NCBI GenBank assembly: GCA_016748015.1
Contig: JAAOMT010000718.1
Span: 496,001-560,000 of the forward strand
Length of the DNA: 64,000 bases
Source: Geosiphon pyriformis uo1
Taxonomy: Eukaryota > Fungi > Glomeromycota
Direction: 5' to 3'
The stretch's first letter is position 1. Each line of letters starts with the position of its first letter. The notes below the pieces were generated by a model. The model was given only the letters and a program-made list of their open reading frames with translations. It was not told the origin of the DNA and made no database searches. This document shows positions 1-13,629 of this stretch, piece by piece. A program made the position numbers and the translations under genes.

Positions 1-166
1 TGATAATATTAAACACTTTGACAATAAAAAAAAATTTTTTTAATTAAATATGGCTTTAATAATAGTATATACTCAAATATAAAAAATGAATTCAGTAACA
101 ATAAAATTAGTGATGCTTTAATGAGTATTAATGGTAGTTTTTTTTGGCTTAATTGTAATCACTTTT
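1..166 (+). mobile_element. Oldest LINE (LINE-C), fragment 1: degenerate ORF1
   Basis: Reads as a C>T/G>A-eroded version of the LINE-B ORF1 segment GNVKHLGDEKDISL..; continues at 6923 after the LINE-A insertion via duplicated TTGTAATCACT. Confidence 0.7.
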
Positions 167-298
167 TTTTTTTTTTATATGTTTATTGAGTGAAGTCCAA
201 ACACAATCTAAAACTATATATCAAATAATTGATCTAAATTAGGCATGAATCATGCACTTTCTACACGTAATTAGCCACTCAGACCAATCAGAACAACA

Positions 299-3200
299 CT
301 ATGTACCTATATAAACAGAAACCGCATCTAAAGCACCTGAAACAAACAAACTAAATTTGCGCAAACCAAACCTAATGCCCAATGCATCATCAATACCCAA
401 CAATCTGACAACTCCAGCCGAATACAGGGAAGACAGACCAGAAATAAAAACTGGCACCGAACTGTCTCGAGGAATTAACCCATGCTTCTCCATAAAAGCA
501 CAATGTTTAACACAGACCAACCAAACCTCATCTCTAAAAGCTAGGCAAAAATCATAAACAAAGTCCACAATTTTCGCACCAGTAAGTTTCAGGTCACCAA
601 AAACAGAAACTGCCTCAAAAAACCAATCATTAAAAACAAAGTCTTTGCATAGAGCAACACAAACCAAGGTGTCAAGAATACACGAAGAAAGAGTTCGCAG
701 CACACAAGAAAAAAGACCACGAAGGCCAGAAATGCCTTCCCATTTAACCGCAAAATCACCAAGCAGCCGATTACAATTAGCAAAGTCAGAATTACAAGAA
801 AAAACATGGTCCGAGACCTCCACACTTTCACAAAACAAGCAAACCACACTAGGGTAACTCTTATCATAAAGGTGTTTGTGAACGGTTACAGGCAGTCTAT
901 GATGTAGAGCTTTCATAAAATACGTGTGCAAGCCAGCAGTCCAAATACTGGTGAAGCCAGCAGCCATGTGTGAATCGGGATGCCAAACAGAAGAAGACCT
1001 ATGCCAATTGATATCAGTGAGCAATTTGCCAGTGACAGCTCTAGTACCTGAACTGAAACCCCAACACGAACGGTGAATGGACCAATAAATGTCACACACA
1101 AAATGCCTAGAATTACCCGAAACCGGATTACCACCAGCCAGAATAAACTGCTCGTCCAGCCGAGGGGAAAGAACAAAATCAGAAAGAGCTGCACGGCTAG
1201 CCAGATCATCAGCCCAGTCATTACCTACAACACCAGAATGTCCTTTAATCTTACATCAGCTGACATCCAACCTCTTAGCATAAATAAAACCAGCAATATG
1301 ACAGCACTTCACCCAACAACTATTCCAAAAATCCGGATGCACAAAACCCAATTCCGACCTGCAAACGTCCAATGCGGCCTGACTATCTGAAAATAAACTA
1401 ACTTTGTTAACCACAGGAACACACTCGAAAGCAAGTGCAATAGCTTGCAATTCTGCTAAAATAGATGACAACAAACCCGAAACCTTAACACCTAAACTCA
1501 TATTAATATTATCAAAGAAAACTGCCACACTTGATTTAACACTGAAAGTGCCCAAATCAGCCAAGGATCCATTAGTATAGACTGAAAGGCTATCAGCACC
1601 CAATCCCAACAAATGATTATGAACCAAATCAAAATCAGTGGATTCCAAGACACTAGGAGCAGAAGAAATGTTCACTGAACAGCCATGAACAAAAGAAGAT
1701 GACCCCACACTACCAAGATAACCAACAGAGACACCAAACCAATCAGGAATGGGGCCATGCAGATCCAGCCTTTTCCAATACTTGAAAGTCTTCCAGTCAA
1801 AAACACTACCATTGTGTCAACGCAATTGTTCTACAAAGGCAATTCCATACCACTGAAGTGAGGAGAAACACCTAGAGAATTTCACCTCTCTAAGAACCCA
1901 AGACATGGGAGTTCCATGGGAGAATCGGAATGCACTGGGGCCAGGACTACTAAAGGATAAGCTGCAATCGGCAAAAATACGAACCACACCTGCCAGAAAA
2001 TTGTTCGAGGGATTTAATTTTAAATGAACCGGGGAGACCAAAGGGTGCACAGGACACCAGCTCAAAGTCTATAAGTTATGAGACCTATGGAAAAACAACT
2101 GACCCAGAATTCCAACAGCATTGACAAAACACACCATGGATGCTGATTTACTTTCAGCCTGAATCTGCTCAAAAGTCTTTAAGCCGTAAAAGGATGGATG
2201 ATGAAGAGCATCATTGGGAAAGTCCAAAGGAAGACCCACCTTGGATTTGAAACCTTTACAAATCAGAGCGTCCCATTTACAACAAACACTAAGTAAAACA
2301 AAACTAAACTGTGTTCTATAACTGATGATAGGTTGCAGAACTGCCGAAACCAAATACAAGAACTGCTTATCAGAGATGGCTTTTTTCAGGACGAGATTAG
2401 TGAAAAACCGAACATCCAAATGTGCCTTGGCCAAACTGGGCTTTGACAAACCATCCATAGACAGAAAGATGCCCAAATACTGGTGAGGTTTCTCTTTCTT
2501 GGCAATAGAAATTGGTGAACCACTGATTGTCAGAAAGGGGCTCACAACCTTACAGTTAATGAGAATTGCCACCATTTTGTCATTGTTAATTGAAATATCA
2601 TTAATTCTAAAAAATTCACTAGCAACATTGAGAATGTGTTGTGTTGCAGCCTGACTGCTGCCGATCCAAATTGTATTGTCCACAAAAGCACTAGCCACAA
2701 AGAAAGAAGAAAAACCAGCTTAAGATTCAACACGGCCAGTTTTAGCAATGAAATAAAAATTCAACCTATATCCACAAAATTCTTCTTGCCTCTTGACTTC
2801 ACACAAAAGAGAATCATAAAATATATGCCAGAGAAGAGGTGAGAACACTTCCCCTTGATCAAGACCATCATGGACTTGATAACCATCAGTTAAGCCAAAG
2901 TCAGTTATTACTCAGTTGACTCAGTTATTGTGAATGTCACCAAAAAATTGAATGAACCTGCTACACATCTTAATCCTAATTAAACTTTTTTTCAAATGCC
3001 CCCAGCCAACAGAATCATAGGCCTTCTTCATGTTCTGCAATACCAGCCAAAGTTCACGGTTCTTTTCCAGAGCATCCTCAACCACAGAACCGACAGCAAA
3101 GATAGGAGACTGTGTCATCGTGCCCTTCAAAACAGAAAAATTGTCCTTGCAGAGAACATTGTGAGTACTGCATGCCAAAAAAATCCTGTCTGAGAGGATC

Positions 3201-4990
3201 TTTAAAAGGATCTTATGAGCAGTTTCAATCAAAACAATGGATCGGGTGTTCATAAGAACTCCCTCCCACTCATAAGGTTTGGAGATCATAGACACCCAAG
3301 CTTCCTTTCAAGGACCAAAAACTGACTCACAGAGCAAACAAGAGTTCAAAAGCACCAACAACATATCCAGAACTGATTCGTCACAATGCTTTCAAAGCTT
3401 GTTCGAAATACAAGACAAACCAGCAGCTTTATTATTAGACAAGTCCAACACAACACTAAGCAACTCAACAGAACTAATAGGGTCTATTATTCTCAAAAAT
3501 GCCTCATCAAATACGTACTCCAAGAGTTGGTACTGGCGACACCAATCAGCAGAGACATCAGCAACCAATTCACGTTTTCTGGTCCAGCCTTTCATGATAA
3601 CATCCACCTTAGATTTAACCAAACTAGGATCCAAAACCAGTTTATTATCGACAACCAAATGATTCAATACCACTTTGCGAAAGGGGCGCTCTAGCACACT
3701 CCTAATTGTATGACCCTTATCCACCTCAAAACTTTCCATCCTCCTACTAACTGCTGATCTAATACAAGATTTTTCAACATGCTTTGACTTGGACAATTTA
3801 GAGGAACGATACAATTTCCTGACTCTGAACAAAACAAATCTTATGACCTCAAAATGCAACCCCGAAAGAAAAAGAAACTCCACCACAGAAGCATTTGTAG
3901 CATCCAACAAATTCCATGTACTCAGTAGTGCAACAAATTCCTCAGAAGAAACCAAACGTGATGCTTTAACTAGTTTAGACACCAAAAGTTCTAGCTTGTG
4001 AAACTTAGAAGATTCCTTAGTAAACACATTATCATAATCCTTGAACCATTTTTTTTTGAAAATATCACTCGCTGATAAGCACACAATTTTGTAGACGACG
4101 TTCTACATAGCATCCAAATCCAGAAACAATAGAGCAGCATCAAACTCATACTTAAACATCACTGTGGTGGCAGCAAAAGATTTCTTAAATGCAGCCCATT
4201 TGGCAGCCATAGCATCCTTAAAATTAAACTTCCACTGATCTTTATTTGTCTGCTTGTGAAGAGACATCAAATTAATGTCCAAGAGACCATTCAGGCCCAT
4301 GGAAACAGCAACAGCCCTATGATCAGTATCAAAATATTCATCAACCCCGGCTATACTTTGATCTAAGATTGCATTGACCAAGCTCGATGACACGAACACG
4401 TAATCAATAACCTTGGCCACTCCTTGAGAATTGGTCCAAGTTGCATTCCTCTCAAACAAACTCCCTCTCAAGGCATTGACCAAACCCAAATCAAAACATT
4501 TCCTGAAACTAGCACACCTGTGAGAGCCATTTTCATTGAAATCACCACCCAATATCACGAAAGATGATTCATTAACAGCTTTAGCAATCAAAGAGTTTAT
4601 CTCATTCACTTGTGAGAAACGCGTGAATACTGAAGCACCTGCATACAAACCCAGAATTGACACCAAGAGCTTATTTTTGAAGAGCAACTTAACAGACAAA
4701 AGTCATCCAGAAATCTCAACAACTTTATATACATGTTTTGCCAGAGTGTTGTTTATAATGATTGCCACACCAGAATCAAGATAACCAGAATCCAAACCAG
4801 AAACAAAGATCCGAACACCATCAAATTTATTAGTAATCCAAGGCCAAACTCTATCTTTTAACTTTGTCTCAGTAACAATTGAAACCAAATTGTTCATATC
4901 TCTGTGCCAATGAATGACATCATCTTGCTTCGTAAGATTGTTCAACCCATGAACATTACACGTAGCAATCTTCTATACCAGATTACTCAT
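299..4990 (-). pseudogene. LINE-A ORF2: AP endonuclease, reverse transcriptase, RNase H, C-terminal CCHC finger
   Basis: KIATCNV..TETKL, GGDFN, IDYVF, TDHRAV (APE); RSIVLIE, KAYDSV, QG, AFVDN (RT); VYTNGS..AELQAI..SDSQAA (RNase H); CLFC..DHVFSC. Many premature stops. Confidence 0.93.
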
Positions 4991-6786
4991 TAAGAATGAG
5001 GTAGAGAAAAAGCACCACCAGCCAAAGCCAAACCATCCAAGTGCGCTAATAGGCTCATGACCAAAGCAGAGAGACCTTCCAATATGTTTTCCAATTTCAC
5101 AACCTCAAGTGAGGCAGTTGAACCAAGAACAGCAGCAGTCTTGTTACTAGTGGCATCACCCAAACCCACTTCCATCACTATATCCTCCCCTTGATTCTGC
5201 GATGGAGAGGTCACCGGCAGCTGACATCCAGAGCTAGGCTGGGAAACTGCTGACATGAATGAGTCCAATCTCTTAGCCAACTCACCAATTTGTCCTGCGA
5301 GGCTGACAAAACTGCTCTCAATATTCTTCAAATGGTCTTCCAGTTCACCACTAACAGTCAGGAGAGGTTTACTATAAGATATGGAACCAGATTGAGCTGA
5401 ACCACTAAATAACGCTAATGAGAGTAGTTTACCAACCACGGAGGCCCAAGTTTTTCCACCGAAAGCCAAAGGACGGAAAATGGAGACAGATTTTTTTTCA
5501 TATATCTTAGCCAGACAGAGCTGATCCTGAGCTGAGAGAGGAGCTCTCTTGCTCCTAGGACTTGAGAACACACCAGCAGTACAACAAGCAAGAGAAGTAT
5601 GACCAGAATTTCTGCAAATTAAGCACAGTGCAGCAGTTAAATGAGACCATCAGAGACCAACGCCTTTTATAACAAGAGTGTTTGCCATTGCCTGAATAAA
5701 ACTACCCTCAGAATCGAAGCACACAGTGGCACAGCATGCCTGAACATAACTGACAGAGCTGCATTCAATAACACATGTTTTCCCACCAACTGAACCAATG
5801 AAGTCCCAAAGATCATGAGCAGTGGTGCCCATAGGAAGAGTATAAAGCAAAGCCTTGAACTCATCTCTAGCATCCCATGTCTGTTTGTTAACATTGGTCC
5901 AGGCCACACACACTGCATTTTTCCCAATAAGGATGGACCACTTAGCTGCCAAGAGATCAGCCTGAATTTGATCCTCCAATTCAATGATCGCCTTTTGCCA
6001 TAGACCCACCAACTGCATTTTAATTGACTTAATAAGCCCAAATTCAGAAATGGCTGCACACACTGCCTCGATGGAAGTTCCCACAGAAATTTCTTTTAAC
6101 ACAATTGCCTGATTTGTACAATTGTTGATAGGGCACTTAAGATTGGTGTTTACCACAACACCATGATTATTTGCCAATTGAGCAACCGTCATCATCACTT
6201 TTTTGGAAGTGAAAGATGCCCAGATGATTTCACCAAATTTTGAGGGAGTAGAGACTCCCCCAAAACCATTCACACCTGAAAATTTTTTTTTGACAAAGTT
6301 CAATTTCTTTTGAGATGATTTCCCAGCAACAGCCATGAGATTAATATCCAAAGCAAAGGATTTGCGAACAGACACTTGAATGGACAGTTTGATAGGTAAA
6401 GGGGGTGAGAGAAGGAAGGAACCATCTAACATGTCATTGTCTGCATTGACAGTACCATAATCAATTACACCCAGAGGCTTCTCTAACACCTTCTTGGTCT
6501 TTACACGCAAACTTTTAGGCATTTGATCAGAATCTCCTCCTGCGAAAGCACTATTCTCACCATAGTCAATACTGGTTTTCTCAACCAAACACTCCTCCTC
6601 CATGTCAATACTCTCAGATTCAGTAGTATTACCCGCCTTAGAACCCTATGAATAATTACCAAGAGCTTTATCAGCAACCTCTCTATTATCAATACTCTCT
6701 GCCAATACACCACCCTTTCTCTTCTTCCTCAACATGACTGTCTTAAAACCATCTTCAGAACCAGAAACTTTGGTAGCCTTTTTTAT
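4990..6786 (-). pseudogene. LINE-A ORF1 (gag-like, zinc knuckle, coiled coil)
   Basis: ORFs 5650-6603 and 4990-5571 joined by CLICRNSGHTSLAC (CX2CX4HX4C, ~5585-5626). The start is a probable ATG>ATA at ~6786 (approximate). Confidence 0.85.
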
Positions 6787-6922
6787 AACAGCAATAACAG
6801 AGCCAACAGTGGCCTCGTAATCGAAAAATGGTTTTGATTTATCGTATTGAATAGTAAAAAACTTCTTTCGAAAAAACTTTTGACTCTTTTTTGGGAATTT
6901 TGGATGAAGGAGAAAAAGAAGT

Positions 6923-8712
6923 TTGTAATCACTTTTAAAGCTAAAAAAATTAATACTAACTTGAACTGTAGTTTTTTTATTGATATAATTAACTATAAAA
7001 TAGATGAAAATAAAAGTTTTTTTTTCTCTTTTCTCAATATTTTTCTTAACAAAAAATGAATTAACTCAAAAATTATCAAAACTCAGATTAAAATACTTAT
7101 TAAAAAATTTTTTGCTCTTGATATTAATCTTTCTGTAATGAAAAATAAATCAGTTACAACAAAAACTCAGACTATTAGAAAAAATTTTCTAATAATTAAT
7201 GGTTTTAGAAGTGCTATTATTCTTTTATAATTTAAAAAAATCATCTGATTAACATTTATATTAGAAAAAAGTATTAAAAAGACTGTATTATTAACTAAAA
7301 ATAAAGAAATCATTATAAACAATAATGTTAAGAAATAAAAAATGTGCTTAAATCAGACTATAGTAATCAAAAAATTCTCAAAAAAAATAATTATTGCTAC
7401 AATATTCAAATATGATTAGATTATGTTAATAAAATTACAACTTATTAAACTATGATAAAAGACTGTAATAAAGTTTGCTAAATTAGGACAGATTAATTAT
7501 TTGACAGCTAAATGGTTATTCTTAATTGAAAAAACTCAATACATATAACAAAAACTGTAAAAAATTATTTTAGGGTGTTTTTGTTTACTTTATTTGTGAA
7601 AATAACTGTTTACAATCTTGGTAATTTGTTAAAAAAGACTGGTAAGAAAATTTGTATTATTAACTATTTATTTAAAACTGGTAATAGAATTTGCTATATA
7701 GTAATTGGCTTTAAATCAAAAAAAAAATTGGAATTAACTTTTTGTACAGAACCTATTCTAAATGATATTAAACTTTCTTAAACTAAAATAAATCTGGTTT
7801 TTTGTAAAAAATATGAATCTTTTGGTTATTTATCTCTTAAGTATAATTTTTATGGCTTATCTACCTTTATCTTAAAGAAAATTTATAAAAAAAATGTGTT
7901 AAATAAGAATTGTCTTTAGTTGGCTCATTTTTATGTAAAAAAATATGTTTCTATAGTTTAATTTGCTACTTTTAATAACAAATCTTAAGTACAAGTAATG
8001 TTACTAATAATTTTGTTTATTATATTATTTAATAATACTCATTTTGGTTCTGGTTCTAATTTATCTTTGGTTAATGCTTTGTATATTGGTAAAGCTTTTT
8101 TTGTTATCTTAAATGATACATCTATTAATATTTATTTGGTTTTATTGAAATATTTCTTAAAACTTTTGGCTAATTAAGTGTCTAGTATTGTGTATAAGCT
8201 AAGCAATTTAGAACTAATGTTTTTGGTGTCTACTTTTTAACCTTTTATTCCAGCTGTTTTAATGTTCTTAAACTCAGATTTGAATTTAAACATAATCTTA
8301 AATAACTCTTTAATATTGTCTTATTTCTTATTTTCAGTTGTTGAGAACAAGTTTTTTGATTTAGGTTTAAATAGCTTAAGAATTCTAATTACCAAATTTA
8401 GTAGCTTGAAATTAAAGATGGTTGTTCTTAAGATTTTTTTGGTTTAGTTTTGAGAAAATTAGATTAATTATGTATTGGTTTAAGTTTCTTGACACATTTT
8501 TTATTTTGATGAATAATTTTGTCTGAAAAATAGATATATACAATATTAAAGGCATAAACAATATGGCTAAGGAGAAAAATATAATTAAGTGGCACAATAA
8601 ATTTGGCAATTGGATTTTTATTATTACTAAGACTAAGTAAAAAAAACAAATTAAATCTTAGATAAAAAATAGATTTCAAAGTATAAGAGTTTTTGTTTCT
8701 GGTTTGAATACT
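6923..8712 (+). mobile_element. LINE-C fragment 2: eroded ORF1 and start of ORF2
   Basis: Collinear with LINE-B ORF1 (KTQIK..FALDINLS..NGF..); ORF1/ORF2 junction TGATG at 8507-8511 followed by MNNFV*KI..NIKG. Confidence 0.85.
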
Positions 8713-8848
8713 TTTTTTTTATTAAAACAATTTAATGAGTGAAGCCCAACTACTACCTAGTACATAGAACCAAACTAAGTGGTTCAAACTAAGCACAATT
8801 CACACACTTTCTATATATGATTAGCCACTTAGGCCAGACAAGACAACA

Positions 8849-10594
8849 CTACATACCTAAAACAACATGCGGATTACTATCCAAGCCAGAAAAGAAAGAA
8901 CAAAGCCTGCAATGGCCAAAACTCACAGCAAAAAACTCTACAATACCAAGCAACCTGACCACTCCATCTGAAAGCATAAAAGACTTACAATATGAAAGAC
9001 CCACCACCAAACCATCATTACCAACTAGGCCTGTCTTCTCCATATCTACTCTAAATTTAGACCTTGTCAACCACACCTTGGATCAATGCAACTCAACCAA
9101 ATACCTTACAAAGTCAATCATCACACTAGTAGCACACTTAACATCACCAAAAATGCTAACCATCTCTGCACACCAATTCTTAAGCACAAACTCTTTACAT
9201 ATAACTGAATACAAGCTGACATCTGAATAACAAAGATCAAAAGTCCTCAAGACAAAGGAAGAAGATGGGTTACAAGCACCAGCCAAAGAAATCCAGCGAG
9301 CAAATGCCTCTGACAAAATGTCCTCCCGAATATAAACATTCTGTGAATAGGTGAAAACATGGTCTGGCAATTCCACTTTGCCACACAACAAACACTGCAT
9401 ACTAAGATAACTTTTATCATATAACCTTTTGTGAACAGCCACCAGCAGCTTTCTGTATAGAGCCTTCATCAAGTATGTGCGAAGAGTCACAGACTTACAG
9501 CTGGTAAACCCAGCAAGCATATGCAAATCAGAATGCCAAACCTGTGCAGAAGCAATCCAATCAAAACTCTGCAATAAAGCAACTGGAACCACATTATGAC
9601 CTGGACCAGCTTCTCAATAAGCACAACAAATAGATCTATAAACATCTCTGATAAAGTGACAAATATTACCCAAAATTGCAGTACTCTTAGCCACCAAAAA
9701 ACACTTATGAACCCCAGCCGGCAAAGAAAAAAGAGAGCCAGCAGTCTCATCAGCCAGCGTATTGGTTCTATCATTACTAGGGATCCCAAAATGACTCTTG
9801 ACCTTAACCCAACTCACAGCAAGATCTTTATCCTTAATCAAATTGGCAATATATTTTTTCTCAATGTAACAATGATTGCAAAAATCAGGAACAGCAAAAG
9901 CTAATTCGGACACACACACATCAATGGCAGCTTGGTTGTTGAGATGCAAAACCACTGCACAGGAGGGAGGAACACATTCCAGAGCAAGAGCCACAGCCTG
10001 CAATTCTGATAAAGTTAAAGATAAAAGCCCATGAACACCAACACCAACTCCTGAATTCAAAGCAGAAAAATAAGCAGCAGTCCCGCTAATTACACTGGAG
10101 GAGCCAGAAAATTTCAACAAACTATCAGTATAAACATCAAAAGAGCCAGACCAAACTTTGAACAGACCATTACACACAAAAGCAAACTGTTCAGAATCCA
10201 AAATGCTACAGCCTGAAAAACCACCAGCTTTAATAGCAGCAAGTGGCACTGAATTCTTATTCAGCAAAAACCTCAATGTGACATTGAACCAGTGAGACAC
10301 AGGGCCCCTAGGATCAAGCCTTTTCTAACAACAAAAAGTCTTCTAATCCATTACAGCACCTTTTTTGTCAAGGAGTCTGTTATCAAAAGCAACTCCAAAA
10401 TGCTTCAAAGAACAAACACAACTAAGAAACAAGGATTTCCCCAAAATTTCAGACATAAGAAAATTACCAGGGTTCCTAAATGCACTAGGTAGAAAGCCCA
10501 CCAAAGACAGCTCACAATCCAAAAAAATTCTGACTACACTAGCTAAAAAATTGTTTACAGAACTAATGAGCAGCTTAACTGGGAACTGCAACAG
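8849..10594 (-). pseudogene. LINE-B ORF2 3' part (RNase H, CCHC finger)
   Basis: DVYTDSL..SELQAVALA..WVKVKSH..NDRTN (RNase H); CLLCGKVELPDHVF. Confidence 0.9.
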
Positions 10595-11458
10595 TATTAC
10601 AGGTGATTATTTTTGCTGTTGATTAAATAACAAACCCATAACTTGGTGCTTAAAAGCTACTTCCATGGATGAAGTTCTGCAAGTGTTGTATCTGAAGGTT
10701 TTGATAGAGTTTTTTGTATAATAGACAGAGATTCAATAGTGTTGATAGTAGATGTATCTTTCCAAGAGTTTTTCCAATTTCTTTCTTAGTGTGGTGGCTG
10801 AATTTAGTCTGGCAGTCATGCCTTTCTGGTAAGCTATCTGATAATATATAAAATCCTACCCTTATTTCTGGGTCTTTTACTAGGCTATTCTTGATGTCAA
10901 TAACTCAGTGCTTAATCTTTTAATCAATTAGTATACAACAACAAAATCAAAAAAAAGAAAGAAAAGAAATAAAAATAAAAAAAATAGAGAAAATAAGCCA
11001 AGACAATTTGGTATGTTAGTATCTCATTAATAGCCGTGATCAAGAGCTATTGTTCCAGCGTGGTTAAGTATCAATTACTATCAACACTTCATGTTGATAG
11101 TAGAAAGTGGGTTGAGATATGGAATAATTATTTATTTGATAATTGGGAACTAGAATGTTGCTTAGATTAAATTTAAACTAAGAGGTCTGTCTTTTCAGCT
11201 TCTAATCCTACTGCTATATATACATAATTGAGATTCCTCAATTTCTCAATTTTTTGCAACAGGAATCTTGCAATTCTTGATAAAAGGAATTCTGGAATTC
11301 TAAAATCCTGCAATTCCTCATTGGGGAATTCTGAAATTCCTGGAATCCTGCAATTTCTCTGGGAAAAATTCTGGAATTCCACATTTACTACATATTCCTC
11401 TGATTGGCTAATATCTACTGACTAATAATACTATATTTCCTATATTCTATGAGTAACA
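10595..11458 (-). repeat. 3' LTR of L copy a
   Basis: TGTTACTC...CTGTAA(T)A termini; preceded by PPT AAAAGGAAGGAATAA; matches 33779-34668. Confidence 0.95.
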
Positions 11459-11471
11459 TTATTCCTTCCTT

Positions 11472-12132
11472 TTAATATTGAGCTCTATCGAAATCCAATT
11501 CATTTAATTCTTCCTCTTAAAGTATTTTCTGAATTTCATTTTCAAGAATTACTTGTGTTATTTGAGTCCATAATTCTTCAAATTGAGCATTGGTGATTTT
11601 TCCCAATTGATTACTGGTAACTGTATCCATTGCTTTGTTGAGTAGAATTTCTGGTCAATCCTAAAATGCTGTGTGTATTCAGTATATAGCTTGAGCTTGT
11701 GTGGATAAATTGTTTTTTCCCACAAAATGTTCTAGTTGTTGTAGTATTGTTGTGTTGAATACCCACTTTGTTTTATCCATATATAAGTTCTGGATATTTA
11801 CGTGTTGTCCCAAGTAAAAATAACAATAGTTTTTTGGAAATTGTTGTATCCATCAAGTCCAAGTTTCTCTGGTAAGTTCTTGGTGTAATCTGACTATTTG
11901 TTGTTCTTTCATGGCCAATTTTATCTTAGTCATGATCTTGTCGACCATGTTTTCAAGTCTTTTCTATGCTTTGTTTTGTGGTATTTTTGCTGTTTTTTTG
12001 TAACAAATAGTTTGTTAATTGATGGTAATTTTCATCTCTTGGTGTTAGATTAATTGAAAAATTTGTTGGGCTAGTGAATGGATATTGTCCATAATCTCCA
12101 TTTTTCTGCTCTCTTCTGTCATGTCAATTATG
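11472..12132 (-). pseudogene. Extra 3' ORF (ORF3) of L copy a, unknown function
   Basis: Manual translation MEIMDNIHSLAQQ..WIQQFPKNYCYFYLGQH..ILQQLEHF..NQLGKITNAQFEEL..ELDFDRAQY*, homologous in copies b and d. Confidence 0.75.
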
Positions 12133-12154
12133 TTCTTATATATTCTTTTGTCGA

Positions 12155-13537
12155 TCAATTGGATGTGTTGTTGTCAATGATAATGATTGGTTTCAGATTT
12201 CATGAAATCTCATCTGGTTGGACTAGTATTCTCTGTACTCCTAATTGTAGAATATTACTAGTGGATAATGATGCTATATGGTGGTATGGTTTCAGTCAAT
12301 CTCCATGTGCTGCTTTGGTCAAAATTTTGTTATTCAATCTTAATTTGTAAGCTTCATTTCCTAGAATTTCTTCTATGTGAAATGGTTTGTCCTATTTGGG
12401 ATCAAATTTTCCACTCTATTGTTTTTCCACTTTGGTATGATGTAGTAGTACTTTGTCTCCAATCCTGAATTCAACTGGTTTATCTGGTAGTTGGTTATCA
12501 TGTCTTTCTTTTTGTTTCTCTTGTGACTTTTGTATGTTATCAGCTGCTCTTTGTTGTTTGTTTTTTAATGTTTCCATTAAGTCATATGTTCTTTTCAACA
12601 ATGTATTTTTGAAATTTTCTTCTGTTATTGGTTCAGTTGAATATGTGCTGACTTCTATTTCCACTGGTAGTATTGCTGTTCTATCATATATTAATTCAAA
12701 TGGTGTTGCTTGTGTAGTATCTTGCTTTATTGTCTGATAAGCAAATAGTACTAATGGTATCAACAAATCCCAATCATTTTGGTTTTCTTGGCTGAATTTA
12801 GCTATTGCTTTACACAATGTTCTGTTGAATTTTTTGACTAATCTATTGGTTTGTAGATGGTATGGTGATGATAGTAGTCTCTTAATTCCGAATCTTTGAT
12901 TCAATTCTGTTAATGTTTTGTTTACAAAATGAGTTCCTTGGTCTAATAATAATTCTTTTGGACATCCATGTCGACAGATCAAATTCTGATGAACGAATTC
13001 AGCAATGAATTCTGCATCCGTTCTTTGAATTGCTTTTCCCTCTGGCCATTTAGTGAGATAGTCCATGGCTACTGCTATGTACCTGTTTCTTCTGCTGGTG
13101 ATTGTTAATGGTCCAACTAGATTAATTCCAACATGGTTGAATGGTTGTCTTACTTTGATTGGTCTTAACGGTTCACTGGGTTTTGTACCTCCTTTTCACT
13201 GACAAGCATCACAATTTTGAACATATTGGATAATGTCTGGATACATTGATGGCCAATAGTATCTTTTTCTGGTTCTTTTCATGGTTGCTTTTTTATAAAA
13301 ATGTTCTGCTGTTGGATTTGAGTGCATGTTGAATAATATTGTCTCTTTTTCTGGCTCTGTAATTACTCTGGTTGGTTGATCTGGATCTTTTTTATTTTTC
13401 CAATAAAGTATATTTTGGTGAGTGATAAAATATTTTGATTGTTGTTTGATACTTCTTCATTCCATATGAGATAAATTCTCCTTGAACTGTTAAGTGTTTA
13501 GATAATGTTGCAATTGTTGATATTTTTGTATGTTCAT
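12155..13537 (-). pseudogene. Integrase ORF of L copy a (HHCC, DDE, GPF)
   Basis: MDYLTKWPE, LDQGTHF, PYHLQTN..FNRTL, TPFELIY; own ATG at 13537. Confidence 0.93.
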
Positions 13538-13629
13538 CTTTTGTTGTATTTTTCCATTGGTATTGTTCTAGTTTTATTATATTTTTGGGTTGAAATGTTC
13601 TTAGATTTGTTTTATTCGCGATAAACCGT

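Larger units (their letters stand above)
163..6922 (-). mobile_element. Full-length non-LTR retrotransposon LINE-A (ORF1 + APE-RT-RNaseH-CCHC), inactivated
   Basis: Poly(A) tail (T-run 163-176) preceded by AATAAA; TSD TTGTAATCACT(TTT) at 153-163 and 6923-6933; both ORFs in the expected order. Confidence 0.93.

Noticed and set aside
186-298. Hammerhead or HDV ribozyme in the LINE 3' UTR (CTGA...GAAA)
   Set aside because: It lacks the CUGANGA core and the HDV P1.1/P4/J4-2 arrangement; kept only as a structured UTR.
4973-4975. Stop at codon 6 of ORF2 in all three LINEs, suggesting programmed readthrough
   Set aside because: It is TAG in two copies and TGA in the third, the two expected G>A products of a TGG (Trp) codon.
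10581-10600. Apparent lack of TSD around copy a, suggesting a tyrosine-recombinase (DIRS/Ngaro) element
   Set aside because: ACAG and ATGG are both CpG-decay products of ACGG, and the element has a DDE integrase and direct LTRs.
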